Positions 38,131 to 48,135 are shown, counted from the stretch's first letter. The stretch: DNA of 64,000 bases from Candidatus Obscuribacterales bacterium (GCA_965228855.1 CBDDIJ010000003.1:1248001-1312000); one strand, 5' to 3'. Notes: generated by a model not told the origin, from the sequence alone. Made by a program: numbers and translations.

Positions 38131-38185
38131 CGTTCACGAACAAAGAATTGTTCGAGCTTCCATAAGTTTTTCCGACTAAATGCTG

Positions 38186-38215
38186 AAGACCGGCGTCACG
38201 GCGCCGGTTTTTCTT
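38186..38215 (+). terminator. Intrinsic terminator after fabZ-lpxA
   Basis: AAGACCGGCGTC-AC-GGCGCCGGTTTT followed by TCTT. Confidence 0.75.
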
Positions 38216-38315
38216 ATCCTGGAATATATTAGTCTGCACGAAACCAGTTCGATCCGGCAAGCGAGGATGGGGCTTCGGGTGGTAAAGTAAGTTCTGAGTA
38301 TATGGAATCCGATAC

Positions 38316-39710
38316 GTGACATCTGAACCGACCAACGAGGGCTCTAAAGACGCCCCAACAGGCTACGCCGCGGTCTTGCGCAACCCGCAGTTTATGTCGC
38401 TGTGGATTGCGCAAATCTTCTCTCAGTTTGCTGATCGGGCTGTTTTCGTTCTCTTCGTAGCCGTATTGACGACCATTCAGCATTCGACGATTGCCGGTCA
38501 TTACGTCGGTGCTGCCCAGATTACAAGCTTCCTCTACGTAGCGTTCACCATACCCGCGATTATCTTGAGCCCTATTGCAGGCGTCTATGTCGACCGCTGG
38601 TCAAACAAAGCAGTTCTGGTCGGTTCCAACATCGCGCGCGGCGTTTTTGTCACCATGATTACTTTGTCGTTAGTGCAGAAGTCTCCAATGGCCGCACTGT
38701 CGCTGGCATTTTTGCTGTCAATCGGCAGTCAGTTCTTCGCTCCTGCCGAAGCCGCCGCGATCCCTCGGTTAGTTAAAAAGGACGATTTGTACAGCGCGAA
38801 CTCACTGTTTTTCACGACTATGATGATCGCGCTCGGTTTCGGATTCGCCGTAGGCGACCCAATCATCGCCTCAAGCGGTATTGGTAAGGCACCGTATGCA
38901 GTGGCGGCTGGATTTTTCATTGCCGCCGTTTTGCTCCTATTCGTTCCCGATAGTAAAAAGAAGGTTGTTGTAGACGAAGACGAGAAAGAGCCGTGGTGGG
39001 AAGAATTGCGATTTGGTCTTGCATATATTGCGACCAGTCGAACTGTGTTTCGTGCGATCTTCAAAATCACCATTTTGTTCAGCACGATCATTACGCTGAA
39101 TATCATCGCGGTCGGGCTTGCTGAGCAGGTCTTGGACTTGAAGCCGCAGCAATTCGGCTACATCGTAGCGGCCGCCGGATTGGGTATGGGTGTTGGGAAT
39201 GTTCTTGTTGCGCAGTTCTGTACGCGCATGCGTCCCACCATACTTGCTTATCGTGGATTCATTTGCCTTGGGCTGTTCATGAGCGTTTTGGGCACGCTCG
39301 GTTTTGTTAAAGATCACGCGCCTGCCGTATTGCACATTCCAAACTTCACTTATCAAAACTCTCTGATTGCGGTTCCTTTATTGATAGCCATGCTGATTGG
39401 CGCTTCCTGTGCAATGGTTGCGGTGCCGACGTATGCCGCTCTGCAAGCTGCTGTGCCTGAGGATTTGCGCGGCAAAGTTTTCGGCGCTCAAAACACGGCC
39501 ATGTCATTTGCATCTACAATTCCGGTCGTTCTTGTCGGCGTGGCAGCAGATAACTTGCCGGGTGGGGTTTCGACGACCTTGTTCATGATTGGCTTACCGA
39601 CACTGTTTGCGGGTTGGCACTTCCTGCGCGATGAAATCAAACACTATCAGCTCGAAGCCAAAGAAGCAGAGGAAACCGCGCACGCCCATTCCAACGCCGA
39701 GACCGGCTAA
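38316..39710 (+). CDS. MFS transporter
   Basis: FMSLWIAQIFSQFAD, AGVYVDRWSNK motif A, LRGKVFG; about 12 TMs. Confidence 0.9.
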   Translation: MTSEPTNEGSKDAPTGYAAVLRNPQFMSLWIAQIFSQFADRAVFVLFVAVLTTIQHSTIAGHYVGAAQITSFLYVAFTIPAIILSPIAGVYVDRWSNKAVLVGSNIARGVFVTMITLSLVQKSPMAALSLAFLLSIGSQFFAPAEAAAIPRLVKKDDLYSANSLFFTTMMIALGFGFAVGDPIIASSGIGKAPYAVAAGFFIAAVLLLFVPDSKKKVVVDEDEKEPWWEELRFGLAYIATSRTVFRAIFKITILFSTIITLNIIAVGLAEQVLDLKPQQFGYIVAAAGLGMGVGNVLVAQFCTRMRPTILAYRGFICLGLFMSVLGTLGFVKDHAPAVLHIPNFTYQNSLIAVPLLIAMLIGASCAMVAVPTYAALQAAVPEDLRGKVFGAQNTAMSFASTIPVVLVGVAADNLPGGVSTTLFMIGLPTLFAGWHFLRDEIKHYQLEAKEAEETAHAHSNAETG

Positions 39711-39985
39711 AGCCTGGCTAAAACCTGCTTCGGAACGATTTTCGGATTCGGCGACTCGGACCGCGCACCTTGCCGAGGTGAGTTTGAATTCTTAAACGGA
39801 GTTTAATTTAAGGGACGTCTGAATATTTCAACGTGGTTTCAGGTCCCAGGCTGATCTCAAGACATTGTTAAGGCTGAGCGCGAAACCCTTAATGGTGCTT
39901 AAGATCTGAAAATGTATTGGTTTTAAAGCGGCATCTGTCTTTACACTATATAGGCGTGGGATAGTCCCTGTTTGCTTCGGTCATT

Positions 39986-41365
39986 ATGCGAAATAGAATC
40001 ATCTTAATAACACTGGCAGTGCTCGTCTGGGCAGGTTTGAAGACAATCGATAACCTGGTAACAGGGCCGGAGTTGCTCTTCCTGCTTGCTGGTCTTGTAG
40101 TGATGATGATCAGCCATAGCGTATGGCTCTTTGGCGCTCAGGACGAATGGCAGAAGAAAGCTCGCAGGTATGTGCGCACGACAGTGCGAAAGCAGTATCC
40201 GCGGGTCCGTAAGCTGCTGAAAAACAAAACCCGCGTTGAAGACGGTGATTGGCACCCGTGGGTGGACATCTTCATATCGGCTAAGAACGAAGGTCGGGTC
40301 ATCGGAAACACCGTGAAGCGGATGTTCGAGATTGATTATGACCAGTTTTACCTCTGGGTTATTGACGATATGTCGGACGATGACATGCCGGAGGTCCTGA
40401 ATGAACTGCGGAAGCAATACCCGCGCTTGCGTGTGGTCACTCGTCCTCCGGGCTCGTTCCCCGGTAAATCGGCGGCTTTGAATGACGCTCTTGCTCTTTC
40501 GAGGGGCGAGGTAGTCGCCGTATTCGATGCTGATGCTTATGTGGACCCGGACTTCTTCAAGAAAGTATTGCCTACTCTGGCTCCCGAGCATGTTGGAGCC
40601 GTACAGGCTCAAAAACGGATTTTCGAGCGGCAGACCGAGGCGCTGCCTCGATTCCAGGACGCGGAGTACGCGCTCGACACTTACTTCCAGGTCGGACGAG
40701 ATTTGATTGGTGGAGCAGTCGAACTGCGTGGAAACGGTCAGCTGATCAAACGTAATGCGCTTATTGACGTAAACGGCTGGAATAACAAATCAATTACTGA
40801 CGACCTCGACCTGAGTATGCGTCTGTTGATCAACAACTGGGATATTCGATTCTGTCCGCAGGCAGCGGTTTGGGAAGAAGGTGTGACGACCGTCAAGGCG
40901 TTGATGCGTCAGCGTCGCAGATGGGCTGAGGGCAGCATAAGACGCTACCTCGATTACATCTTCCCTTTGAATTCGCCTACCAGACTGTCTCTAGTCGAGC
41001 GGCTTGATACCCTGGTGTTTACTGTTTATTTCCTGGTACCCGCAGTAGTGTTTCTGGAATTCACAAATAACGTCATTCGATTTATGACCGGAACTCAGAC
41101 CTATGGCAGTTTCCTGGCCCTGGGCTATTTCTTCGTGCTCCTTATCAGTCAGGTCAATCTCTTTATCGCAGTTCGTCTATATAGAGGAATGCCCCCAGTC
41201 AAGGCGTATTTTCATTCGATAGCCGTGACGCTCTATGTTTACGCGCACTGGGTGCCGTGCATCCTGGCCTCGTTCAGTCAGATTCTTTTCGGTAAGCAGG
41301 TCTCGACCTGGCATAGAACTGCGCATCACGGTCATGCAGCAGAAGAAATGGAAGTTGCTGCCTAG
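39986..41365 (+). CDS. GT2 glycosyltransferase resembling cyanobacterial monoglucosyldiacylglycerol synthase MgdA
   Basis: SAKNE, IDDMSDD, GKSAALN, VFDADA, ELRGNGQ, ITDDLDL, EEGVT, QRRRWAEG..RYLDY. Confidence 0.75.
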   Translation: MRNRIILITLAVLVWAGLKTIDNLVTGPELLFLLAGLVVMMISHSVWLFGAQDEWQKKARRYVRTTVRKQYPRVRKLLKNKTRVEDGDWHPWVDIFISAKNEGRVIGNTVKRMFEIDYDQFYLWVIDDMSDDDMPEVLNELRKQYPRLRVVTRPPGSFPGKSAALNDALALSRGEVVAVFDADAYVDPDFFKKVLPTLAPEHVGAVQAQKRIFERQTEALPRFQDAEYALDTYFQVGRDLIGGAVELRGNGQLIKRNALIDVNGWNNKSITDDLDLSMRLLINNWDIRFCPQAAVWEEGVTTVKALMRQRRRWAEGSIRRYLDYIFPLNSPTRLSLVERLDTLVFTVYFLVPAVVFLEFTNNVIRFMTGTQTYGSFLALGYFFVLLISQVNLFIAVRLYRGMPPVKAYFHSIAVTLYVYAHWVPCILASFSQILFGKQVSTWHRTAHHGHAAEEMEVAA

Positions 41366-42184
41366 GTCAGGTACTGTTAAAACACAGTTGCAAAACTCTG
41401 ATTGCTGCGGTTTCTTCGGCTGGTCAACCGGACTTGTGGTGGCACCTCCATTGCCATTACGGATGGTGTGACAAAGACATTTGTGAGTTTCCGAACCGGC
41501 ATCATCTGCGGTATCAACTGCTATCCATAGCGATGGTGTCACTGCGGCTTCGCCGGCGGTATCACATGCTTACCTTCGACCTTGCCAAGCGAAGCCTGTC
41601 TGCTCTGATGTCTGATGTGCTTGATATCTTCTGGCGGAATTTTTAAGCCGGAAACTATCTGTTGAAAACATATTGTCATGAGGTCCGATGCGCTTTTGAG
41701 TCTCTGGTTTTTGACGACTTCGTTACAAGAGTCCAGGACGGGAAAAAATTGAAAGGTTTGGCTGCCAAGCATCTAAAACGCCCATAGGGAAGGGGCTCAG
41801 AATGTTTTAGAGCTGCGGATAATATTGCCTGCTGATTAATTTTCAAAATTCTTTTTTGCGAGTTTTCGCGAAAAAACGGAATACTTGGCATCGCCCGTGG
41901 AGTCATGAAAAGGCCGACTGTATCACTACTATGACATCCGAAAGTATGTCAGCGTGCCGCCTTGCGGACATACCACTTTGAAAGTGCATCCGAGCAAACA
42001 AACTTTTTACATGCCCGCGAAATGCTTAAATGGCAGCATTGATGAGGATTCCTGCGACATATTTGCAAAATTCAAAATAGTGAATATGGACCTATAGAAG
42101 AAAATGGGTACAATTGTTGGGTCCGGGACTGAAAGGTTCCAGCGGAAAGTTGGTCAATCCTTTACTAGATAGATGGAGAAGTGC

Positions 42185-42574
42185 ATGTTCAAGAAGATCG
42201 CGTCCTCTTTTTTAATCGCATCGGCCCTCGTTGGCTCGATTGCAGCACCGTCACTCGCCGATGACAGCACCTTCCAGACGATCGTGTACTTCCCCGTGAG
42301 AGTACTCGGTGCTGGAGTAGGTTCCGTAGTGGGCGTTCCGCTCGGCTTCACGAAAGACGGTACACGTGGCTATATCAAAGGCACCCAATGGGTAGCCGGC
42401 AAACTCGGTAACGAAGACGGCAAATATCATCAAATCGCCGGCGGAATCCTCGGTGGTCCTTTCGGACTCGTCGGTGGTGGCGCATACGGTGTATTCGATG
42501 GCACATGGCACGGTCTCAAGACCGGTTTCGATCAACCGTTCAGCAAAGAAGCATTCACATTCAAAGACGAGTAA
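42185..42574 (+). CDS. Secreted glycine-zipper protein, paralog 1
   Basis: GGAG SD; signal ending APSLA; Gly at every 4th residue eight times; ends GFDQPFSKEAFTFKDE. Confidence 0.85.
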   Translation: MFKKIASSFLIASALVGSIAAPSLADDSTFQTIVYFPVRVLGAGVGSVVGVPLGFTKDGTRGYIKGTQWVAGKLGNEDGKYHQIAGGILGGPFGLVGGGAYGVFDGTWHGLKTGFDQPFSKEAFTFKDE

Positions 42575-42670
42575 GTTGTAACTCGTTTACAGAATCTGCA
42601 ATAAGTTAGGTTGCGCGGGTATTGATACCTTAGTAGAAACCTAATAACAGTAATTCCAGGTGGAGAGATT

Positions 42671-43051
42671 ATGAAAAAACAGGTATTAGCAATGGCTGCG
42701 GCAGCAGCGATAGCGATGGGTTCAACCGCCCCGGCAATGGCTGGTGACTCGCCGCTCGGTCAAGTTGGTTCCTTGATGGGCTCGACTTCGGCTGTCATCG
42801 TTGACACTCCGGAAGGTGTTCTTTGGCACTCTCTTTGGAACTGCCCATACAAAACACAACGTACGTTGGCTGAGCACTTCGGTGATTCCAACGGCATGGG
42901 CCAAAACCTCGTTGGCGCAGTACTAGGTATTCCAGTCGGATTCGTCTGGGGAATTCCGTACGGCGCAATCGCTGGTATGAAGCACGGTATGACCACGGGC
43001 TGGGACAAACCTTTCAGCACCGAGTCGTATCTCGTGATGGAAGAGAAGTAA
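42671..43051 (+). CDS. Secreted glycine-zipper protein, paralog 2
   Basis: GGAG SD; signal ending APAMA; GAVLGIPVGFVWGIPYGAIAGMKHGMTTG; ends GWDKPFSTESYLVMEEK. Confidence 0.85.
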   Translation: MKKQVLAMAAAAAIAMGSTAPAMAGDSPLGQVGSLMGSTSAVIVDTPEGVLWHSLWNCPYKTQRTLAEHFGDSNGMGQNLVGAVLGIPVGFVWGIPYGAIAGMKHGMTTGWDKPFSTESYLVMEEK

Positions 43052-43118
43052 GTACAGAAAATCACACTGATGTCGGGAGAAGCCAAGCTCCCGACGTCAT
43101 TTGGAGAGTGGGGGAAAA

Positions 43119-43523
43119 ATGACAAAGAAAACTCTAGGTCAAGTTATGCTGTCGTTGACGCTCCTCGCGTCGGCTGCAGCGCCAGCGATGGCCATTGATT
43201 ATGAAGCAAAACCCGTTATGTGGGTTCTGCAGGCTCCGTTCCGCACTGTTGGCGCAGTGACGGGCGCCGCTGTTTCCGGTGGCGTAAGCGGACCGATTGA
43301 CGATAGTTACCATTGGTTCCTAAAAGGTACCAACCATGTTGCCGGTAAATTCGGCGATGAAGAAGGTGCTGGACAAATTGCAGCAGCTGTTCCGATCGGT
43401 GGCTCCGTAGGGATGGTATTGGGCAGCGGTCATGGCGTTTACCGCGGTTTCTTCCATGGTTGGAAGAAGGGCTGGGAAAAGCCGCTTAGCCGTTGGTCCT
43501 ACATCACAATGGAAGAGAAATAA
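43119..43523 (+). CDS. Secreted glycine-zipper protein, paralog 3
   Basis: Signal ending APAMA; GGSVGMVLGSGHGVYRGFFHGWKKG; ends GWEKPLSRWSYITMEEK. Confidence 0.85.
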   Translation: MTKKTLGQVMLSLTLLASAAAPAMAIDYEAKPVMWVLQAPFRTVGAVTGAAVSGGVSGPIDDSYHWFLKGTNHVAGKFGDEEGAGQIAAAVPIGGSVGMVLGSGHGVYRGFFHGWKKGWEKPLSRWSYITMEEK

Positions 43524-43568
43524 GCCACGGTCGTACACATAAGTTTCTAGGAAAGATGGTGAATAGAA

Positions 43569-44018
43569 ATGCGTAAAAATGCACTATTGATGATGCTCAT
43601 TCTAGGGCTCACAATGGGTATGGCAGCTCCGAGCTTCGCATATCCAGAGCGTCCAGAATCAGCTCGCGTGATTTATGAAATGTGGTACTTCCCATGCCGC
43701 GTAGTCAGCATGGCAGCGACCACAGTTTGGGATGTTCCCACGGCTGCGTTCCAAGATGGAATCAAGGGCGCAATCGGCGGAACCAAGATGGTGGCTCGCA
43801 ACCTCGGCAAAGAAGACGGCGCGTATGAAACCGTTGCTGGCGCTCTTGTCGGAGCTCCTGTTGGATTGGTTGCTGGCGGACTCTACGGTGGACTCATCCA
43901 CGGACCGACATACGGCATGTATCACGGTTTCGTCGGATACCCGAGCCCCCACAGTGGCAGCCACAGCATGATCTTCCAAGGAAAAGGCTTCGTCGTTCCT
44001 TACGACGACAACTACTAA
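43569..44018 (+). CDS. Secreted glycine-zipper protein, paralog 4 (divergent C-terminus)
   Basis: Signal ending APSFA; YFPCRV, GTKMVARNLGKEDG, GALVGAPVGLVAGGLYGGLIHGPTYGMYHG. Confidence 0.85.
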   Translation: MRKNALLMMLILGLTMGMAAPSFAYPERPESARVIYEMWYFPCRVVSMAATTVWDVPTAAFQDGIKGAIGGTKMVARNLGKEDGAYETVAGALVGAPVGLVAGGLYGGLIHGPTYGMYHGFVGYPSPHSGSHSMIFQGKGFVVPYDDNY

Positions 44019-44059
44019 AGCCTGCGATCGACCGACCTAGAGTAACTTGGCTCGTAACG

Positions 44060-44100
44060 AGGATAAGCGACACCCCAGCGGTTCGCTTATCCTTTTGTTT
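44060..44100 (+). terminator. Intrinsic terminator closing the four-paralog array
   Basis: AGGATAAGCGA...TCGCTTATCCT stem then TTTGTTT. Confidence 0.85.
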
Positions 44101-44222
44101 GCGCCATTTTGCTCTTGTTGACTGCCTGGACTGTTAATTTTGAAGAAATCGCGCATGAGCGCTTGAGTGGATGCCTGTTGAGGGCATAGTAGAGACATGA
44201 TTGTGGCCGGGGAATCTTTTGA

Positions 44223-45524
44223 ATGGAGATTGCGAGGGACCGAAGAGCCGGAGCTAAACGGATTGGTGAGCTTCTGGTTGCGGCGGGTGTAATTAGACAA
44301 GAAGTTCTCGCTGAGGCGCTGCAGATCGCCAAGAAATCGAGCACGCCGGTTGGTCGCGTTTTGCTGACCATCGGCGAGTTGAGCGAGCGCGATTTGTTGG
44401 CTGCCATCGAAATTCAGTCGATGCTTCGCGAGAATCTTATTTCTAACGAATTTGGAATCCGGGCTCTATCGATTTGTATTACCAGCAAGGTTCCTCTCGA
44501 GGAGGCTTTTCGCCGGCTCGGGTTCAAAGCGCCTGCCGAACGGGAGGTTCTTGCCACAGGCGAACTTGGGGAAATGCTCATTGCTGCCGGAATAATCACA
44601 AAGCCGGTGCTTGAAGAATGTCTGCGTCAGAGTGAGGAGAACAATCTGCCGCTCGGACGCTGTCTCGTACTGGCACGAGCTGTTTCATCCAATCTTTTGA
44701 CCTCGGCTCTCACTGCGCAGGTGCTGGTGCGGGACGGCAAGATTACTTACGACCAGGCGGTCGCTGGTCTCCAGGCGGCGTACCGGAAGCAGCAAACGAT
44801 CGAGGTGTCGCTTTCAGAGAGTGGCGCTCTGCGTGTCCAACAGGAAGATAAGTCGGTTAAGGTCGGAGATCTCCTCACTAAAGCTGGTTTGGTTTCCGAA
44901 AGCGATAAGGTTTCGGCAATCGAAAAAGGACTCGTCGAAAACATTCCGGTCGGCCAGGTTTTTGTCCAACTTGGAATGGTATCGCCAACGGTGCTGGATG
45001 AAGCACTGAAATTGCAGCGACAAGTCAATGAGGGCACCGTAAGTATCCTTCAAGCCGCCGAAATACTTCGGCAGGCGAATACTCGCGGCGTGCCGGTCGA
45101 CGTCGTGATGAACGAGAAATCAAACAAAACTCAGGAGGCGGACAACCTCAATCGGATGATGGCGCTTATCAAGAAAGCGGAGTTGATTGGACCGACAGAA
45201 ATGCAACGCGCGGAAGTGCTGGCACGCGACCTGAAGATGAGTTTGGGCGAGATTATAATTTCCAAAGACCTTATGCCAAACAAATTGATTGAAGCAACTC
45301 AACAGGCGAAGAAACTGATTGATGATGGTATCGTTTCCGAGGCGCATGGCATAAAAATCTTGATCTTTTGCAAACGTTCGGGTGTGATTTTCAACGAAGC
45401 CCTCAAATCAGTTCCTCCTGACCTTGAACATGAAGACCTTGATGATGTCGATATAAATGATGATAAGGAAGAAAACAAAGGTGGCTTCCTTGGTGGCATC
45501 TTCGGAATGTTCAAGAAAAAATAG
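44223..45524 (+). CDS. Stand-alone MshEN/T2SSE_N-repeat protein (putative c-di-GMP receptor)
   Basis: RIGELLVAAGVI, ELGEMLIAAGII, KVGDLLTKAGLV each followed by PxGxxLV half-repeats; no Walker A. Confidence 0.75.
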   Translation: MEIARDRRAGAKRIGELLVAAGVIRQEVLAEALQIAKKSSTPVGRVLLTIGELSERDLLAAIEIQSMLRENLISNEFGIRALSICITSKVPLEEAFRRLGFKAPAEREVLATGELGEMLIAAGIITKPVLEECLRQSEENNLPLGRCLVLARAVSSNLLTSALTAQVLVRDGKITYDQAVAGLQAAYRKQQTIEVSLSESGALRVQQEDKSVKVGDLLTKAGLVSESDKVSAIEKGLVENIPVGQVFVQLGMVSPTVLDEALKLQRQVNEGTVSILQAAEILRQANTRGVPVDVVMNEKSNKTQEADNLNRMMALIKKAELIGPTEMQRAEVLARDLKMSLGEIIISKDLMPNKLIEATQQAKKLIDDGIVSEAHGIKILIFCKRSGVIFNEALKSVPPDLEHEDLDDVDINDDKEENKGGFLGGIFGMFKKK

Positions 45525-45559
45525 ATTATTACGCACGTACTCTGGTCTCAACTTTTGCG

Positions 45560-48100
45560 ATGGCCGATAGCAAGCAAAACCGGTGTCCACGCTGCGGCGC
45601 TCCCAAGACAACGGATGCCACCGGAAGCTTGACACAGTGGATTGCAGTTTGTCGTTGCGATATGAAAGCGCTTGCACCGATAGATCATGCGGAGACGATG
45701 CACTTTTGCGCAACTTGCGGCAAGCGTATCAACCCTGGGCGAGCCGGCAGTCTAACTCAATGGATTTTGCGCGGGGACATCTGTAGTTGCCAGAATCCTG
45801 CGCCGACTGTTTTCGGTCAGGGAAAACTTGGTGGCCGAGGTATGATGGGGCGGCCTGCTGCCTCACAGGCGGGCGCCTCAGACGACGCAGGAATGGCGGT
45901 TGTCGGTGGTTTAGAACCGGAACCCGAGCTGGAGGTTTCCCCAGAGTCATTTCCGCGAGAAAGGTACAAGGCGCTGGAACTAATCGGCGAAGGAGGTAGC
46001 GGTCGAGTGTATCGTTGCCTGGACAGGCTTCTCGAAAACCAGGTCGCCATTAAACTTTTGCTGTCGTTGAGTAGAGAGCAGGTAATTAGCTTCCAGAAAG
46101 AGGCTAAAGCCGGCTCGGTACTCCAACATGAGGGACTGGTGTCGGTTCGGGATTTCGGTGTCACCGCCAGTGGTGCACCATTTATGGTCATGGATTTCGT
46201 GCCGGGCATAAGTCTGGACAGATACATCGAACAGGAAGGACCTCTGACCGAGATTGAAGCAGTTGATGTTTTCTCGAAGGTCGCCGATGCGTTGTCTTAC
46301 GCTCACCAGAAAAATATTTTTCATCGCGATATGAAGACTTCTAACATCATAGTGTCACTGGGCAAAGATAACGAAGCAGTTGCAAATGTGATCGATTTCG
46401 GGATATCCAGTTTTTCTCAAGAGCAGACCATGGTCAGTGGCAACACTCTGACCGGCACGCCTGCATACATGCCACCGGATCAAGCAAGCGGCCTGCCATT
46501 CGACGCGCGCTCGGAGGTATACGCTCTTGGTTGTGTAATTTTCGAGGCACTGACCGGTCAGGTTCCATTCAGCGGTGATACTGCTCTTGCTACTATCGGA
46601 ATGCATGCAAACAAGCCTGCTCCCAGACTTGTCGATATGGCGGAGCATATCCAGTTTTCTGAAAAATTCGAGAACATTGTCGCTCGCTGCCTTGCAAAAA
46701 ATCCTGAGAATCGTTTTCAATCCATGCAAGCGCTTCGCGAGGCGCTTTTACGTGAGCCGGACGATCTGTCAGTTTCTGATGCTGGCGCAGCATCGTCACT
46801 CTTTGCCTTGCCGGAACGAGCGGAACATTTCGCAGGTGGAAGTGGTGCGGACAAAAAGGTTTTGATGATTGCGTTTGGTGTGATCGCCGTCCTAGTCCTT
46901 TTCGTCGTTGGCTTGTGCGGACTCGTTAATGTAATTGCGTCCAGGTCGCCCGAGAACGAAATGAAAATTAAGTCGTCTATGGACGACACCGATATGACAG
47001 AGTTCACCGCGGCGGTGAGGAAACACATCGACGATAGCGTTATAAATGATACGGAGCGCGTGCAGTGGAAAGGCCCTGGCGTTGTCAAAATTCGCGATGG
47101 CATTGATCAAGACATCAATTATCTTCTTACTCAAAAGGAGCAGCCGCTCAGTGTCGTCAATATGGTGGGCGGAAACTTCTCTGATGAAGCTTTAAAAAGT
47201 ATCTCTCGTCTACCGCTGGCTGTCTGGTTTGTGACCGATGTTGATTTTTCGAATGTGGGCGAAATGAAAATGAATAAATTGAAGTACGCTAATTTTACTG
47301 CGTGCAAGTTTCCGCAGAATAATCCATTTAAAATGCTTGACGGTTCACCGTTGAAGTCGCTAGTGATAAGCAATTCAGTGATTGATAACAGCGCCTTTGA
47401 AACGCTTCAGCATCTCAAGCAGCTTACGCATCTGTCTTTGCACGGCTGTGCCGGCGTCACTGATGGTTGGCAAAATGGCGTTAATCTCGTCAACGCCTCC
47501 TGGCTCGCTAAGAACTTTTCCACCTATCCCGAGAAAGGGCTCAGACATCTAACGGGGCTTCCTCATCTGACAGCATTGAGTCTCAGTTCCGACTGTTTGA
47601 ACGATGAGCAGTTCGATCAACTCTCCAAATTGAAGCTGGATTCATTACTACTTGTTGGTGGTAAGCGTGTCTCCAATGAGAACCTGAAGAAGCTTTCAAA
47701 CTCGCCCGATCCGGACTTCAAATTGTCATTCAAGTTTGATTGCATCGATATGAAATCGTTTAGGGCATTGTCCGGACGCAAATGGAAACAACTAGGATTT
47801 TACGAAACTAACCTTCGGGATGCGGATGTAGAGCGCCTGGCAGTATTGGATTGCGACGAATTTATTTTTGACGAACCAAGCATTACGTTCTCAGGAATAT
47901 CAAAGCTAATGAAGATGCGTCCTTTGAAGTTGTTATCGCTGGGCAAACTTTGCACGAATTTTAGCCGAGATCAAATGTTTGAAGTTCAGAAACTTCAACC
48001 GAATTGCGTTGTGAGATATGCAAACGAGCACGGCGACCTGGTTGAATTGCGCAACAAAGGACAGACCATGCAGCGCCTTCCCGAGTCACTGCAACAATAA
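45560..48100 (+). CDS. Ser/Thr kinase: tandem Cys motifs, kinase, TM, leucine-rich repeats
   Basis: GEGGSGRVY, VAIK, HRDMKTSN, DFGIS, GTPAYMPPDQ; TM; LKQLTHLSLHGC-type LRRs. Confidence 0.9.
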   Translation: MADSKQNRCPRCGAPKTTDATGSLTQWIAVCRCDMKALAPIDHAETMHFCATCGKRINPGRAGSLTQWILRGDICSCQNPAPTVFGQGKLGGRGMMGRPAASQAGASDDAGMAVVGGLEPEPELEVSPESFPRERYKALELIGEGGSGRVYRCLDRLLENQVAIKLLLSLSREQVISFQKEAKAGSVLQHEGLVSVRDFGVTASGAPFMVMDFVPGISLDRYIEQEGPLTEIEAVDVFSKVADALSYAHQKNIFHRDMKTSNIIVSLGKDNEAVANVIDFGISSFSQEQTMVSGNTLTGTPAYMPPDQASGLPFDARSEVYALGCVIFEALTGQVPFSGDTALATIGMHANKPAPRLVDMAEHIQFSEKFENIVARCLAKNPENRFQSMQALREALLREPDDLSVSDAGAASSLFALPERAEHFAGGSGADKKVLMIAFGVIAVLVLFVVGLCGLVNVIASRSPENEMKIKSSMDDTDMTEFTAAVRKHIDDSVINDTERVQWKGPGVVKIRDGIDQDINYLLTQKEQPLSVVNMVGGNFSDEALKSISRLPLAVWFVTDVDFSNVGEMKMNKLKYANFTACKFPQNNPFKMLDGSPLKSLVISNSVIDNSAFETLQHLKQLTHLSLHGCAGVTDGWQNGVNLVNASWLAKNFSTYPEKGLRHLTGLPHLTALSLSSDCLNDEQFDQLSKLKLDSLLLVGGKRVSNENLKKLSNSPDPDFKLSFKFDCIDMKSFRALSGRKWKQLGFYETNLRDADVERLAVLDCDEFIFDEPSITFSGISKLMKMRPLKLLSLGKLCTNFSRDQMFEVQKLQPNCVVRYANEHGDLVELRNKGQTMQRLPESLQQ

Positions 48101-48135
48101 TGAGGACGGATTCCAGAGCCGGCGGAGATTGCGAT

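Noticed and set aside
41177..41906. Short ORFs on both strands in the gap after the glycosyltransferase
   Set aside because: No SD or recognisable motif, and they overlap each other or the GT2 gene; not supportable as genes
42185..44018. Reading the glycine-zipper array as a RiPP or double-glycine bacteriocin cluster
   Set aside because: Leaders are Sec-type (AxA), and no peptidase-ABC transporter or modifying enzyme is adjacent
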